Part shown: positions 1 through 15,112 of the stretch, in pieces
Layout of the letters: each line of letters starts with the position of its first letter
Numbering within the stretch: position 1 is the first letter of the stretch
NCBI RefSeq assembly: GCF_009914755.1
Contig: NC_060944.1
Length of the DNA stretch: 64,000 nt
Reading direction: 5' to 3' (one strand)
Source of the DNA: the human T2T-CHM13v2.0 reference genome, Homo sapiens
The notes under the pieces: model-generated
Database searches by the model: none
What the model saw: the letters and a program-made list of their open reading frames with translations, nothing else
What the model was told of the DNA's origin: nothing
Translations under genes and position numbers: made by a program

Positions 1-599
1 ACAATGTCCCTGCCTCATGGAGTTCCCACTGGAGGAGTGAAAGAGACAGACAAGATACACGTAAATGTCTAATACCTTTCGTTGGCTCTAAGATGTGCGT
101 TTTCCCGCATCTTTAACATCTCTAAAATTGCCATCTATCTTATGAGTTGATGCTGTGTCATGGCACATTTGACGGTGTTTTAAATCTTCTTCTCTTCAGG
201 GTGGGACAGGAAAACCTCATGAAAAAGAAGAACTGGGGAGAGTTAAGGAAGAGACTGTTCAGCGACCATGAGCAGTGGAGCTGGGTTGCAGGGACCAAGG
301 TGGGGGTGCTGCCCCTGGGACAAGCCCCAGCCTCCCAAGGCCTGAAGGGGCAAGAGGAGGAGGTAGTGTATCAGAACCTGGTTGAACGTGAGCCAGGGGA
401 AGGGGCTGCAGAAGCTGCGGGTGTTGAGAATTGCAGCTACTGCCAACGCCACAGCTGTTGCCTGGCACCCTGGGGCAACTCTCTTTACTCCCGTCCTGTA
501 TCCCCTGCCAGAGTGCCTGTGGGCTGAAGCCAGGGAGGCTGGGGGAAGGTACCTAGAAACCAGGCTCCTGGGGCATCAAGTAAGGTGAATAAGGGGTAT

Positions 600-1210
600 G
601 GAGAGAAGGTAACCAGCTTTTGGGATAAAGGCATAAGGAGAGAGGGATATCCCAAGAGGACTGCTGGGAAAGGCCTCTCTATGAAGTCTCAGCTAAGACG
701 CGGGCCATGGAAATGTCTGGGGAGAATGTCCCAGAGAGGGCAGGACCTGAGTGGGCCGAGCGTGGGCTGCAGGAAGCTGAGGAGCTGGTGGGCCTGGGTG
801 GAGTGGGCAGTAGGAAGAGAAGTCAGGGATGAGGTCAAAAATTAGGTAGATTCTGGACCACGTGCAGGACCTTGTGCCATGGTGAGGAGTGTGGATTTGA
901 CTCAAGCATGACAGAGCCGCTGGGGGGTTTTGAGCAGAGAGAGGACGTGATCCAATGGGTTTAACAGGAGCCCTGTGGCTGTCATGGAAGAAATGGCCCC
1001 ATAAAGGGTGAGAAGGAGGCGGGGGCAGTGAGGAGGCTCTGGAATATTCCAGGCGAAAGATGAGGGTGGCCTGGTGGTCCAGGGTGGGATGGTGGAGGTG
1101 GGGAGAAGCGGTGGGAGTCAGGACTGATTTTGAAAGTAGAGCTGGCAGGATTTTCTGATCAGTTGGAAGTGATGTGAGGGAGAAAGGAGTCAAGAGCAAA
1201 TCCAAGGTCA
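600..1210 (-). mobile_element. LINE-2 (L2) fragment
   Basis: Typical antisense L2 motifs, e.g. ggagtgtggatttgactcaagcatgac...ggttttgagcagagagg and gagaaaggagtcaagagcaaatccaagg; boundaries approximate. Confidence 0.7.
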
Positions 1211-1903
1211 CTTCGCACTGTTCCTATGGAGATGCTCCAAACATGGGACTTATGAGCTGTGATGAATTTATAATTAAGAGTATGTCGGCAGATGCCTCAA
1301 GCTTCCAGGCCTTCTCTAGAATGTTCTCATGATCAAAAAACTTGAGCAAGACCCACACTCATGATGTTCACCCCTCAACCCATGAAGTGCGTGCTGCAAT
1401 AGCCCACATGTATCACTGGAGTCCTCCTGTGGCCATGTATGTGCTGGGAGGTGATCAAGCTGCTTGCTACAAACCCAAAGATGTCGGCGTTGGGGGAAAT
1501 AGGGTTGAGACAGGAAGATGGAGCCTATAAGGATGAATGAGCCCAAGAAAGGTGTCTAGCACCCTGTCTACAGAGGGAGGAGGGCCTTGTGGTTCCTCCA
1601 GCCCCTGGCTGGGTGAAGTAACATCACCCAGACCCTGCTGTGGTCGGTCAGTTCAGGAGGAGGCAGGGCCACAGGTGAGCCTGTCCAGAGGAGCAGGTGC
1701 CATGAGGCCCAGAGAAGGGAGGTCAGGAAGGTCTACCAGGAGGAGCTAACATGTGAGCTGGGCTGGGCTGGGCAGGGTAGGTGGGAGAGAGAGGAAGGAG
1801 GTCCCAGGAGGAGACAGCAGGACAAGGACATGCAAAGGTACAGCCGGCAAGGCCAGAGGGAAGTGATCTGGGACCTGATCCAGGATGATGGGACTGTCTA
1901 GAG

Positions 1904-2371
1904 CAGCGGTGCCCAAATTTTGGCAGCAGGGACCACTTTCATGGAGGACAATTTTTCCACGGACTGAGGTGGGGGTGGGGATGGTTTCAGGATGATTCAA
2001 GTGCATTACATTCATTGTGCTCTTTGTTTCTATTATTATTACATTGTAAAATATAATGAAATAATTATGAAACTCACCATAATGCAGAATCAGCGGGAAC
2101 TCTACACTTGTTTTCCTGCAACTAAACGGTCTCATCTGGGGGTGATGGGAGACAGTGACAGATCATCAGGCATTAGATTGTCATAAGGAGCACGCAACCT
2201 AGATCCCCCTCATGCACAGTTCACAATAGGGTTCGCCCTCCTATGAGAATCCAGTGCTGCTTCTGATATGACAGGAGGCAGAGCTCAGGCGTTCACCTCC
2301 TGCTGTGCAGCCTGGCTCCTAACAGTCCACAAATTGGTAGTGGTTTGTGGCCTGGTGGCTGGGGACCCCTG
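1904..2371 (+). mobile_element. MER1A hAT-Charlie DNA transposon (non-autonomous)
   Basis: Ends CAGCGGTGCCCAA...GGGGACCCCTG; exact 8-bp TSD GTCTAGAG at 1896-1903 and 2372-2379; MER1A-type body. Confidence 0.9.
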
Positions 2372-2903
2372 GTCTAGAGCCATTTAGATCCATTAGGGCC
2401 CTTTGGCTGCAAGTGGCAGACACCTAACTCAATCCAAACAGGGCCTTCGTGGCTGGCTCTGTGTGGAGTTCTCAGACACAGGAGGGGCTGGGGACCAGGA
2501 GTAGAGAGGACAAGTCCGGGGCCACACCAGGAAGTCTCAGAAGCAGGAACTGGGGGGCAGCCTGTGCAGGCCCCACCCTCGCATCCACGACAAGGCTGGT
2601 CTTTGCATTTGAGGGAGAAGAACCCACAGGGCCATGGCGGCCTCATGGGGCGCTGAATTCCAAGGTCATGCAGCGTGTCCACTGTCACATGACCAGCAGG
2701 TGCAGAGGGAGGGTGCCTATCCCAACCTACAGGCTCCCAGGCTCAGATTTTCCTACTGCAACAGAGCTCTCAAATCTCAGACATTCCCGAACTGCTGTCA
2801 TAATTTTTATCATTTGCATTATAAATCTCTTCTAATATTAATTTTTAAAATTCATATGTTTCATATGCTAGTTTTATTTTTGTCTAATGTCCGAGTACTC
2901 TTA

Positions 2904-3058
<155 letters not shown>

Positions 3059-3261
3059 GCAGCATTCATTTGTGAAAGAACCAAATCATCTTTGGAGGTA
3101 TGTGTACCTTGTTTTGGGAAACCCTGTATCATAACTAATGCTCCTTTCTATCTGGAGGATGATGTAGACTGATTATTTGCAGTCGCTTTTAGCAAAGAAC
3201 ACTTGCTGTTCACTGGAATCATTTGCAGAAGAATAGGGGTGGCTCTGCCGGGAGAGAAGCA

Positions 3262-3370
3262 TGGGGACCACCCGTCCTCACTGGCTCAGAACTGAGGGGT
3301 TTCCTGGGATATGGGACTATTCGTGCTAAAACTGGAGAGTTTGAGGCGATCCTGGATAGTTGGTGACCAT
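3262..3370. mobile_element. MER94-like hAT fragment
   Basis: gggaccacccgtcc...ctgaggggtttcctgggatatgggac...tggtgacc resembles MER94. Confidence 0.45.
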
Positions 3371-4137
3371 GGAGAGGAAGTTGGAGGATCAGAGTCCAGC
3401 CCACCTGGTTTTCCAGCCCTCACTATGTGGCAGATATGAGGATGCTTCCTTGGACCCTGATACATGAATGAAGGGGGCCTGCATCAGGAAAGCGAGGTCA
3501 GTGTATGATGAGTGCTGTGGGTGGGCACCTCCACCTGGTCAGCTTCCGGGGCTGCAAAGGCTGGAAAGCTGAAACCTGCATTTCCCAGGCTCTTGGACGT
3601 GGAGGAGTTGAGGCCCCCGCTTCAGTGAGTGCCTCCAGCCGGGGGCACAGTGGGAAGGGTTGGGTCTTCTGCATCAGGGTTCCAGGGCATGGCCATTCAG
3701 TTTGTGGGTTTGTTCCAGGGATTTAGGAGCTGAGCCGGGGAAAATCTGACCATGAGGTGGCAGTAGCACACACTCGCTTCACTGGGCAGTACTTTGACAG
3801 GTTTGCAAGCAGAGAAGGTCCCTCGCAGCAGAAGCCAGGGAGGGCAAGGGAAGTCTGGGGGCAGGAGCTTGTGTGACGAAGTGATGTCGTTCAGCAGCGT
3901 AGCCCAAGGAGTCTCTGGCTCAGGGTGCTCCCAAGGGCAGAGATCATTTGGGGGCCCTATAATGGCAAGGCTTTCTATCTTTAATGCATGAGTAAGAGCT
4001 GTCACGTGAGGTTTTGCAGGGTAGGCAAAGCAGGCAGGCTCTAAATGGCTAAAAATCTCTTTGGGTTATTTAAAAAATAATCAGGTGTGTAAAAATTTGA
4101 GTTTGGCACCAGTGGGCTTTCGAGGTAATGGGGCTCA

Positions 4138-4737
<600 letters not shown>

Positions 4738-5249
4738 TCAACTCAGCAGTTCCTCCCCATGCTCCCCAACCCCACAGCCCATTTCTCTGGAGTGCCTGGC
4801 TATGTGGTTTGTTTACGTCCCTGGCGGATCAGTTCCGGGGTCCTATTCTGGGTGTCTCTTCTGAGGACCCAGACTGCAGCCTGTGCCCCTGCCCTTCTCA
4901 TGATTTTGGGGGGATCCTAGTCCCCTGTATTCAATCCCTTTCTGCCTAACATGGCTAATGTTGTTCCTGGTATCTGGAACTAAACCCTCCTGAGACAAAT
5001 AATGGCTGACATCCGGTCTTGGTGCCAGGGAGACAGCGGCCAGCACCGGGGGCTCTGGAGGGCTTGGGAGGGGGTGGCCTCCACTCAGCTCCTGCCATGT
5101 AGGGTTGGCCAGTGTCTAGAGTTTCAATGAAAGAGATTCTTATGTAAAATAATTTGAGTCTTGAATGTTGGCTCATTTAACAAAAACAAACACAAAAGAG
5201 AGAGGGCCAAATGAAACATGTCTGTTGGTGAGGGTGCTCATCTGCAAGG

Positions 5250-5960
<711 letters not shown>

Positions 5961-7514
5961 GCAGTGAGACGTGTGGAAAGGGCCCCAGGTCACAGCTGCT
6001 GGAGGATCCAGGGCTAATGAGCAGCTAAAAGAAAGAAGGACTGGAGAAGAGCAGATTTCCACAGGCCTGGGCGCCCTCCCGTTTAGGAAGCCTGCCCCAG
6101 AAGTCCCTTTGTGGCAGCTTTGAAATGCACCTTTCTGGCCCAGGCCAAGGGCTGTGCTATTGTGATGACGCATGAACCAGAAAACACCCATTGGTGTGCC
6201 TGTAACACAGCTCACAGACCCGAGACCGTCCTCTCCTCCCAGAAGTGAGTCAGCGAGTTTCAGGATCAGAGCAACTGGGCAGGTGACAGGTCAGCGATGT
6301 CCCCTCTGCACAGTTCCCAGGGTGTCTGGGGCAGATTAGCTGGGCAGCGAGATCACAGAGCAACCAGGCCATAAATTGCTCCAATGAGGAGGCAGGACTT
6401 TTCCTCCCTGCCCTTTTCAAACTTGCTGTGGTGGATTCCTTTTTTTTAGTTCAGGGAAGATTGATGATTTCATTACTTGTGGCACTCAGCAACAAATCTC
6501 AGTGTTGCAGCTAAAGTGAGCTCTTTCACCACGCTGCATCTTCCGCTCTGCTATTCATCATGTTTAATCATTCGCTTACCTCGGACCGCTGCCGGCCTCG
6601 GGAGGGCAGGGTATTACGGACTTGGGACAGTTTTACACTTTAGAGGCTGAGGGGAGGGGACTGTGTTAGGAAGGAACAGGGCTGGGGTGGGAGGTTCATG
6701 GCTCAAGGTGGGCGGGAGCCAGTGAAGCTTCAACAGAGGCAACAGAATGACCAATAAAGGGAAGTGACAGCAAAACCCTCCTGGGACCTCAAAGGCTGGC
6801 CCTGTTTGCCAAGAAAATCTCTCATAAAAGGGGTGAGACTTAACGCCAAAAAGAAAAGGAGAGAAACGGCCGGAGGGTTCTCTGCCAAGGGAATGTTGAA
6901 GAATTTAATTCGAGATGAAATGTGCTCTTGTTTGTGTACAATTAATTTTCTCCCCAAATGAAAGGTTTTGTCTGTCACTCGAGTGTTTCAATAGCAACCG
7001 CGTAATTAAGGTAGCATGTGCCTCTTCAGTTTGGGAAGCGGCTGTTTGTGTTAACATGTTGGGGAAGCACACATTGCTTGGACTGGTTCCTGGGTCTAAG
7101 AAGGTAAAAAACAAAACAAAACACACAAAGAATGGAAGAAAACACCTCCAACTAGAGCCTTGGCTCCTGCGGGGATGATGTCATCTGGAAACTGTGAGCA
7201 GGACCTTCCCTGAGAACCAAGAGGCCTGGGCTTCCTGGGATGGGAGGCTGTGAGGAGGAGAACTTAGACAGTTTCCAGAAACTCTAAAAACGGAGTCATG
7301 AATTCAAACGCCCACGGGGGCCAGGTAGGAGGTGTATGTCCTGGAAGGGGTTGGCTGTAGTTTTTCAACACAAGTGTGTTTTGTTTGCGTAGCAACACAC
7401 AGGTGTGAATACTTTAGTGCCACAAAGGAGTATGCACTCTCATTTGTGTTGAAATACATGGGTCTCCTAATTTAAGTTTCATGGGTTTTTTTTTTCCTGT
7501 TAATAAAGAGATGG

Positions 7515-8005
7515 TGTATTACTTCTCTACTGCTGTGTAACAAATTGCCACAAATTTAGGGGTTTGACACAGCAGCCATGTCTTATCTCACAGGTTTTCC
7601 AACATGATGTGGCTGGATTCTCCTCTGAGGATCTGACCAGGCTAACATCAGGGTATCTGCCAGGCTGTGGTTCTTATCTGGGACTCAGGTCCTCTTTCAA
7701 GTTTCCTGGTTGTTGGTAGAATTCATTTCCTTCTCATGTTTTCCATGTGGTCCTCCCTATGTTCAAGCTAGCTATGGTGGGTGGAGTCCTACTCATGCTT
7801 TGAATCTCTCTGCCTTCCTTTTTAGCTTTTAAGGGTTCCTGTAATTATCTTGAGCCCACCTGGATAATTGAGGATCATCTTCCTATTTGAAGGTCAGCTG
7901 ACTATTTAATCTTAATTACATCTACAGAGTCACTTTTGTTCTGCAGTATAACATGATAATGAAAGTCACATCTGGTGGTGGAGGTTATGGAGACCAACTC
8001 AATGT
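7515..8005 (-). mobile_element. MLT1 LTR
   Basis: tgtattacttctctactgctgtgtaacaaattgccacaaatttag...ttaattacatctacagagtc. Confidence 0.8.
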
Positions 8006-8009
8006 TGAG

Positions 8010-10075
8010 AAGTGAAAAATCTGGTTAAAAAGAGATGAGAGATCTGAACAGACATTTTACCAAAGAAGATATATGAGTGGCAGCTGAGCATATGAAAAGA
8101 TGCTCAATGTCTTTGTTGATGCAAAGTAAAATCACCATGTGATGCCACGACACACCCAGTAGAATTGCTAAATTGAGAGAGACTGACAAGACCAAGTGTT
8201 GGCAAACATTTGGAGCAGACGGAACACTCCTACATGATTGGTGGTTGTTCCAATGGTATCACCACTGTGTCAAAACAGTTCCCAGTTTCTTACAAAGTGA
8301 AACTCACACTGTTTGACCCAGTGATCTCACTCCTCGGTATTTATCCAAAAGAAATGAAAACATATGTCCACACATAGCAGCTTTATTCATCATGAAACAA
8401 CACAAATGCGCATCACCCGGTGAATGGGTAAACACACCAGTGTATGCAGTTACAATGGAATATGATACTACTCAACAGCAACGCAAAAGAAATGATTTAC
8501 CGATAAAAGCAGCAGGAATGGAGTTCAAAAGTATAATGCAGCCGGTCCCAGTGTGCTGTGGCTCCACGTGGCCTGTAGTCCCAAGTCCGTGCCCCACATT
8601 GCCTGCCTGCCATGGAGCCTGACCCTAAGGGCCCTGCTGCCTCCAGCCTCACTGCCATCCCCGAAGGCTCGTTCCACCAGACGTGTAGCCTGTGGTCCGG
8701 GCAGGCCTTGTCTCTGCTCCACGACCAGCACTCGCACTACCAGAACATCCTTGTCTTCTGCAGTAAAACCTACAGCAATATGCTGGTGTTGGATGGCATC
8801 GTCCTGGGCATAGGGAGGGATGAGTTCTCCTGCCAGGAGATGGTAGCCATCCTGCCTCTCTGCAGCCACCCCAAGCCACGAAAGGTGCTGATCATCGTGG
8901 GCAGAGATGGGTGTCTTGCACAAGGTGGGGAAGCACCTCTCCATGGAGTCTGTGGTCCAGTGTGACATTGACAAGGATGTCATCCAAGTCTCTAAGAAGT
9001 TCCTGCTAGGCATGGCCAGTTGCTACTCTAGTTCAAAGCTGATCCTTCATGTGGGTGACAGTTTTGAGTTCATGAAGCAGAACCAGGATGCCTTTGATGT
9101 ATCACTGACTTCTCAGACCACATGGGCCCGGCTGAAAGCCTCTTCAAGGAAGCCTATTGTCAGCAGATGAAGGTGAAGGTGGCCCTCGCGGAGGACAGCA
9201 TTCTCTGCTGCCAGGGAGAGCACCAGTGGCTGCACCTTCACCTCATAAGGAGATGTGGCAGTTCTGCCAGTAGCCGTGGTGGGCTACACCTACTGCATGG
9301 TCCCCATCTACCCCTGCAGCCAGACTGGCTTCATGCTGTGCGGCAGAACATGATCACCCGTGACCGGGAGCTGGTGCAGCACCTGACACAGCAGCAGGTG
9401 GGGCAGATGCAGCTGAAATGCCACAGCCCAGACACACACCGCACAGCCTTTGTGCTGCCCAGGTTTGCCTGCAAGGCCCTGAATGGTGTGAGCTGAGCCC
9501 CACTGCCACCACCAACACCACCTGGGACCTCGGACAAGGGAGTCTCCAGGGTGCCTGGGTGCCTCCAGCCCTGGGCCAGACCTCCTGCCGGCTCTCACTG
9601 ATCAACCGAGTGTTACAGGCCCCAGAATGCTGCCCGGCCTGCCCTGCTGGGTGGACTGTCTGTCTGTGTGTCTGTGTTGCTCTGTGTGGCATTCAGCCTC
9701 CAAGCCTATACCAGCTGTGCACACCGCTGTCTCTCTCACTTCTGTTACCCTCCTCACTCACCAAACACATGTATTAACAACAACAAAATAGTATGTTTAG
9801 GAAGAAGCCAGGCACAATGCGGTTCCATTTGCATGCAATTCTAGAAAATTCAAAACAAAAGTGACAAAGAGTAGTGGTTGCCAGGGGCTGATAGTGGAGA
9901 GAAGAGATTGACTGCCAAGGGGTGGGAGAAAACTTTTTTGGGATGAGGGAACATTCTGGATTACGATTGTTATGGTGGTTATTTATATGACTGCATACAA
10001 TTGTCAAAACTCAACAAAATGTTCACTCTAAATTGGTGGCTTTTATTATATGCAAATTATACCCTCATAGAGCTG
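8010..10075 (+). mobile_element. Ancient L1 (L1M) 3' region, split by the SRM retrocopy
   Basis: gaacagacattttaccaaagaagatat...ggtatttatccaaaagaaatgaaaac on the left; gaagaagccaggcac...ttattatatgcaaattatacc on the right. Confidence 0.85.
8540..9790 (+). pseudogene. SRMP1: Processed pseudogene of spermidine synthase (SRM)
   Basis: Intronless. ATG at 8612 ([11 protein letters not shown]...[12 protein letters not shown]), then [55 protein letters not shown] and AFVLPRFACKALNGVS* (stop 9494-9496) spread over several frames. UTRs and an A-rich tail remain. SRM parentage is clear; the SRMP1 symbol is from recall only. Confidence 0.95.
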
Positions 10076-10156
10076 ACATTATATCATTACTATAATGGAA
10101 AAATCAGTGCTCCCTGCCAAAATTTCAGGCAGCTGTAAAAAGAAATACACATATGT

Positions 10157-10553
<397 letters not shown>

Positions 10554-11022
10554 TTACTAGGCACTAGATTCCAGCTATGGGTTACATCTGGAGAGCCCCC
10601 TATTGCCCCCAATAGATGACCACAGCTGTATAGATTGTGACTATGAAGATATTTGTATGCATTGTAGAATCAGCTTAATATGTGAAATGGTAGATGTTAT
10701 TCAAGGGTGCTAGTCTAAACCCACAACTGGAGGTTTGTTCAGTGAGAAGTGATTGTACACACGGTCTGTCAAATAGGACCACACTTTGCGCCTCCAGGAC
10801 TTTGCACATACTGTTCCCTCTGCTGGGATTGCTCTTCCTGCAGCTCTTTGACCAGCCGGTTTCTTCTCTTTCTTGGGATTTTGGCATCAAAATAGTCTCA
10901 GAAAAGCCCTCACTGACCACCAGCCGTGCTAATGCAGCCCCCACCCCAATTACTCTCTGACTCAAAGCCATGCTCATTTTTTTCAAAGTCTTTTCCTAAC
11001 TAGCTTGTTTATTGATTTAACT

Positions 11023-11332
11023 GTTTTTTTTTTTTTCAGAGACAGGGTCTCACTCTGTTTCCCAGGCTGGAGTACAGTGGTGTGATCATAGCTCATTGCA
11101 ACCCTGAACTCCTGGCCTTAATAAAGGGATCCTCTCACCTCAGCCTCCTGAGTAGTTAGAACTACACACATGGTTTTTTTTTAATCTAAAATTTTTTGAA
11201 ATTTATTTTTTGTAGAGATGGGGGTCTTGCTATGTTGCCCAGACTGGCCTGGAACTGCTGGCCTCAAACAACCTTCCTGCCTTGATTTCTCAAAGCACTG
11301 GGATTACAGGTGTGAGCCACCATGTCTAGCCA
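11023..11332 (-). mobile_element. AluJ
   Basis: Antisense diverged Alu. Confidence 0.9.
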
Positions 11333-11460
11333 CTGATTTAAATTCTTGAGTGTAGATTTTCTTTCCAACCAGACCATGAGCCCCATGAGGTTAAAGCCAG
11401 GTCTGGACCATCCCATGCAGTTTCTCCACAGCCTTGAGTGGGGGCAGTCACAAAGCAGAC

Positions 11461-12025
11461 TGGATTAGTTTTCCATTGCAATGTAATAAATTGCCATAAA
11501 CTTGGCAGCTTAAAACAATGTGCTTTTATGATCTCACAGTTTCTGCAGATGAGAAGTCTGGGCATGGCTTAGTCAGGCCCTCTGATCAAGGTCTCCAAGG
11601 CGGCAATCAGAGTGCTGGCTGGGGCTGGGGTCTCATTTGAGGCTTGGCTCCTCTCCCATGCTCCTGTGGTGTTGGAAGAATTCATTTCCTTATAGCTATA
11701 GAACTCACAGCAGCTTGCTTCTTCAAGGACAGTGGGAGAGCATGTCTCTGGCTTCAAATCTCTTCCTTCAAAAAGCCTGATATTCTCTTTTAAAGAGCTC
11801 ACTTGATTAGGTCAGGCTCAACTGAGATAATCTCTCTTTGGATGAATTCAGGGTCAACTGATTAGGGACCTTAATTACATCTGCAACATAACATAATCTA
11901 ATCACAGGAGTGAAATCCCATCCTATCAGCAAGTCCCACCTACATGCAAAGAGAGGGTGTTATACCGGGTGTGTTCGCTGCGGGGTGGAAATCTTGCAGG
12001 CCATCTAGAAAATTCTGCCTACAAC
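11461..12025 (-). mobile_element. MLT1 LTR
   Basis: tggattagttttccattgcaatgtaataaattgccataaac...aattctgcctacaaca. Confidence 0.85.
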
Positions 12026-12349
12026 ACTGGCTCTCAATACATTTGTTGAATGGATAAAACACCTGCCCTTCCAAATGCCTTCCTTTGTTTAAGATTATTT
12101 CCTTTGCCAGGAGTTCTTTCCATCTTGCTGCCGACTTTGCTTGTCAAAATCTTGTTTATCCTCTGGCTCAGATTCCCTTCTCATTCCTGACTTCCTCACT
12201 GTTTCAGGCAGACAAAGGTTAGGATTTACCTTCCTCACTACACATGTGAGGCCAGATGGTTTCTTAGTTGTAACGTTCTTATGTAGAGACACACATGTAC
12301 ATTTACGTAAAAGGGATCACATGACTCCTGTTGGAGTGTGGACACTTTT

Positions 12350-13680
12350 TTCTTCTCTACCTTTCCCCTCACATCTGTCCCTCCATCTCCAAATATAACT
12401 TGTATTTTAAAAAAAACAGGATATCCTTCCATGTTTTCCTTTGTATTCCTATAACCCCATAACCCTGCAAAGCTCATTTCTTTCTCTAGAACTCCTTTCT
12501 CTTTCTCTTTCTTTCTCACACACACACATACAAAGGTATAAAAGGAACTTTTTTTAAGGGAGGATGAGTCATTGTTTTGGAAAAATGGTATTGTATGACA
12601 TACATTTTTCTGCATCTTGATTTTCTCACTCAATATCTTGTAGGAATATCTTCAAGTCATCTTGTATAGTTCCAAATTAAAGTTAGTTCCTTACAACAGA
12701 TGTGCATTATGTCACGAAGTGAATATACTCACAAAGTGCTCAGCCATTCCCCTGGAAATGGGAATTTGTTTGCTTCTGGTTCTGCACCACTATGAACAAC
12801 GTTGCAGTAAGTATCTTTGTACATTTTGGTACAAATAGGATGGATTTTCAACGGTTCAAGAGCTGGGTGCATACACAGGGTATATGCACTTTTAACAATT
12901 TTACTAAATGCTGCCAGATTGCCTTCAGAAGAGATTGTATATTCCATGTTTCTACTAGACTGTAGGAAAGTATATCTTCCCCACAGCCCAGCTGCAATAG
13001 GATTTATGGCACTTTTAAATTTTTGCCAGTACGCTAGGCATAAAGCCATAACTCAGGGTTGAATATGAAATTTCTTGAATACTGAGGAATTCAAACATCT
13101 TTTATTTTCCTTTACTTTCTTTCTTTTTTCTTTTTTTTTTTCCTTTTTCTTCCTTCCTCTCTCCTTCCCTCCCATCTTTCCTTAATTTTCTTTTTTAAAT
13201 ATTGAGATTTGCTCTTCTGGGAATGGTCTCTTTAAAACCTTTGCCTCTTTCTGGTTAGTTTGTAAGAGCTCTCTGTATATAATAGAAATTAACCCTTTAT
13301 CATTTGCCTTACAATAATTTTGCAGATTTATAGTGTATATGTATATTTTATTTACATAATCTTGCAATGTACAAAATTTTAATATTCAAATATGCTTTTT
13401 TTTCTTTTATTGCTTCAGGATTTCCATTCTTGGTTTGTAAGATATCCCTAACCTTTAGATTATATCTGTAGTATCTTAGATTTTCTTGCAAAATTTTAAT
13501 TTAACTTCGTACAATGAAGTCTTCGTCTTGTTAGAATTTAACTTTGTAGAAGACATGAGACAGGGATGCATTTTAGTTTTAGCCTTAATTTTCTGGCAAA
13601 TAGGAAACCAGTTGTTCTGGCATCATTTGCTAAACAAGTCATCCTTTTCCTGTTCGAATGAATTGCTGTCTTAAGTTACC
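12350..13680 (-). mobile_element. Ancient L1 (L1ME/L1MC-like) fragment
   Basis: Diverged antisense L1 3' motifs (gtttgtaagagctctctgtatat, ccagttgttctggcatcatttgc). Confidence 0.7.
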
Positions 13681-13879
13681 TGGTGGTTTCTTGGGAGCTC
13701 AGCCAGCATCGTGAATGTTGGGTATAAGTTTTGTTTTCTCTCTAACCAGCTTGAGTGAACAGAGCATCCTGGGGTGCCTCTGTTTAATTTGTTTACTCAT
13801 TCATTTAACATTAGTTGTCATCTATTATGTTCCAGGCTGAAAAACATGCCCATTCTATGTCCTCAAGGCCTTTTTGGTT

Positions 13880-14660
13880 GAATACGAGATATAAGAAAAG
13901 TACAGGAGGTCTTTGTCAACCAAGAAAAATAGTCCCTTAAAGTCAATTTACTTAAGACAGGGACACCATATTTCAAAATAAAGAGTGGAAAGAGTGATTG
14001 AGTCTTTATCTTGAGTAGTGAAATGAAAAGTTTTAGAGAAAGTGTATTTTCTTATCTCAACAAAATTGATGCCATAATTGCAATGAAGGAGGCTTTGATT
14101 TGGGGGTATCATTTTCCTATAAATCCCCTGCACTTCACGTTTAACGTTCACAGTTCTATAAAAGAAATTCAGTTTTGCAAAATATTTCATAGCTCATTCA
14201 TTTCCACAAAGGACTCAATTCTTTTGTATGCAAATAATTCTCTTTTTAAGTACCCATCAGGTAGTGTGTCGTTAACTGGTCTAATTACCATGTCTTCATG
14301 TGCCCATGGCTTCATGAGCTGTTCTCACTAATTTCACTTTCATGAAGTTCACGAAATCCCATAGTCTTTGCAAGATTTGCATTTCCATTCGGCACTGGTT
14401 TTCATCTACTTGCATGATGTGCACAGATGTTTTCACGTCACCCTCAGGAAACCTGGCCTCTGAGGACCTGTTGGGGTTGGCACAGGGGAGAAAAGTGCAA
14501 AGTGCAGCTGAGACTGAAGAGGTGGATTTTGGAGATGAATGTTGTAATCGGCCAGTTCATTAGTGAACTCTTGGACTGTGATGGCTTTATCTCTCTATGC
14601 AACTTTGTAATAACTATGGGGACTCCATTCATAAAGATTTGGACCATGTGAACGCCTTTA
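13880..14660 (-). mobile_element. Possible very old non-L1 LINE (RTE/L4-like) reverse-transcriptase remnant
   Basis: Minus-strand translations FAYKRIESFVEMNEL*NIL and FSKTFHFTTQDKDSITLSTLYFEI resemble RT subdomains 3 and 4 in the right order. Confidence 0.4.
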
Positions 14661-14934
14661 TACAAAAAACTGTGATCTACAAAATAGGAGAGAAATATTG
14701 CTGGAACACTCTGGGAGTTCTGAGAGGGAAGTGGCTACGGCTGGGTGAGAGGCTCATGGGGAACAGGTGACGGGGTTTGCAGGAGTGGCAGGAGCCCGCT
14801 AAGTGGTTCCTGAAGGATGAGTTGGGTTGGCAGAGGGCATTCTAGCTAAAGGGAACAGCATGACCAGATGCAGAGAGGAAGACACGAAGAGCAACATACG
14901 GGTCTCCCTTCAAGGAAGGATTTGCTGCTGGGCT

Positions 14935-15112
14935 GTGGCAACATGTGGTCAGCAGACGGTCTCCAGCTGGCAGCTGGAACCACCTCTACCATAATCAATG
15001 TCTCCCCGTGCCTGGCCTGTCTCCCACTTCCTTTCACAAATGTTGATCCCTAAAAACAACTTCCACTGAAAACTCCGTCTCAGTTTCTGCTTCTGGAGAC
15101 CCCAGCCCGAGG
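14935..15112 (+). mobile_element. ERVL-type LTR fragment (LTR16-like)
   Basis: gttgatccctaaaaacaacttcc...ctccgtctcagtttctgcttctggagaccccagcc. Confidence 0.55.

Larger units (their letters stand above)
10780..12057 (+). mobile_element. L2 3' end interrupted by an Alu and an MLT1
   Basis: ggactttgcacatactgttccctctg..., gagccccatgagg..., terminal ctcaatacatttgttgaatgga. Confidence 0.65.

Noticed and set aside
8612-9496. Functional SRM gene
   Set aside because: No introns, multiple frameshifts and a disrupted glycine-rich motif
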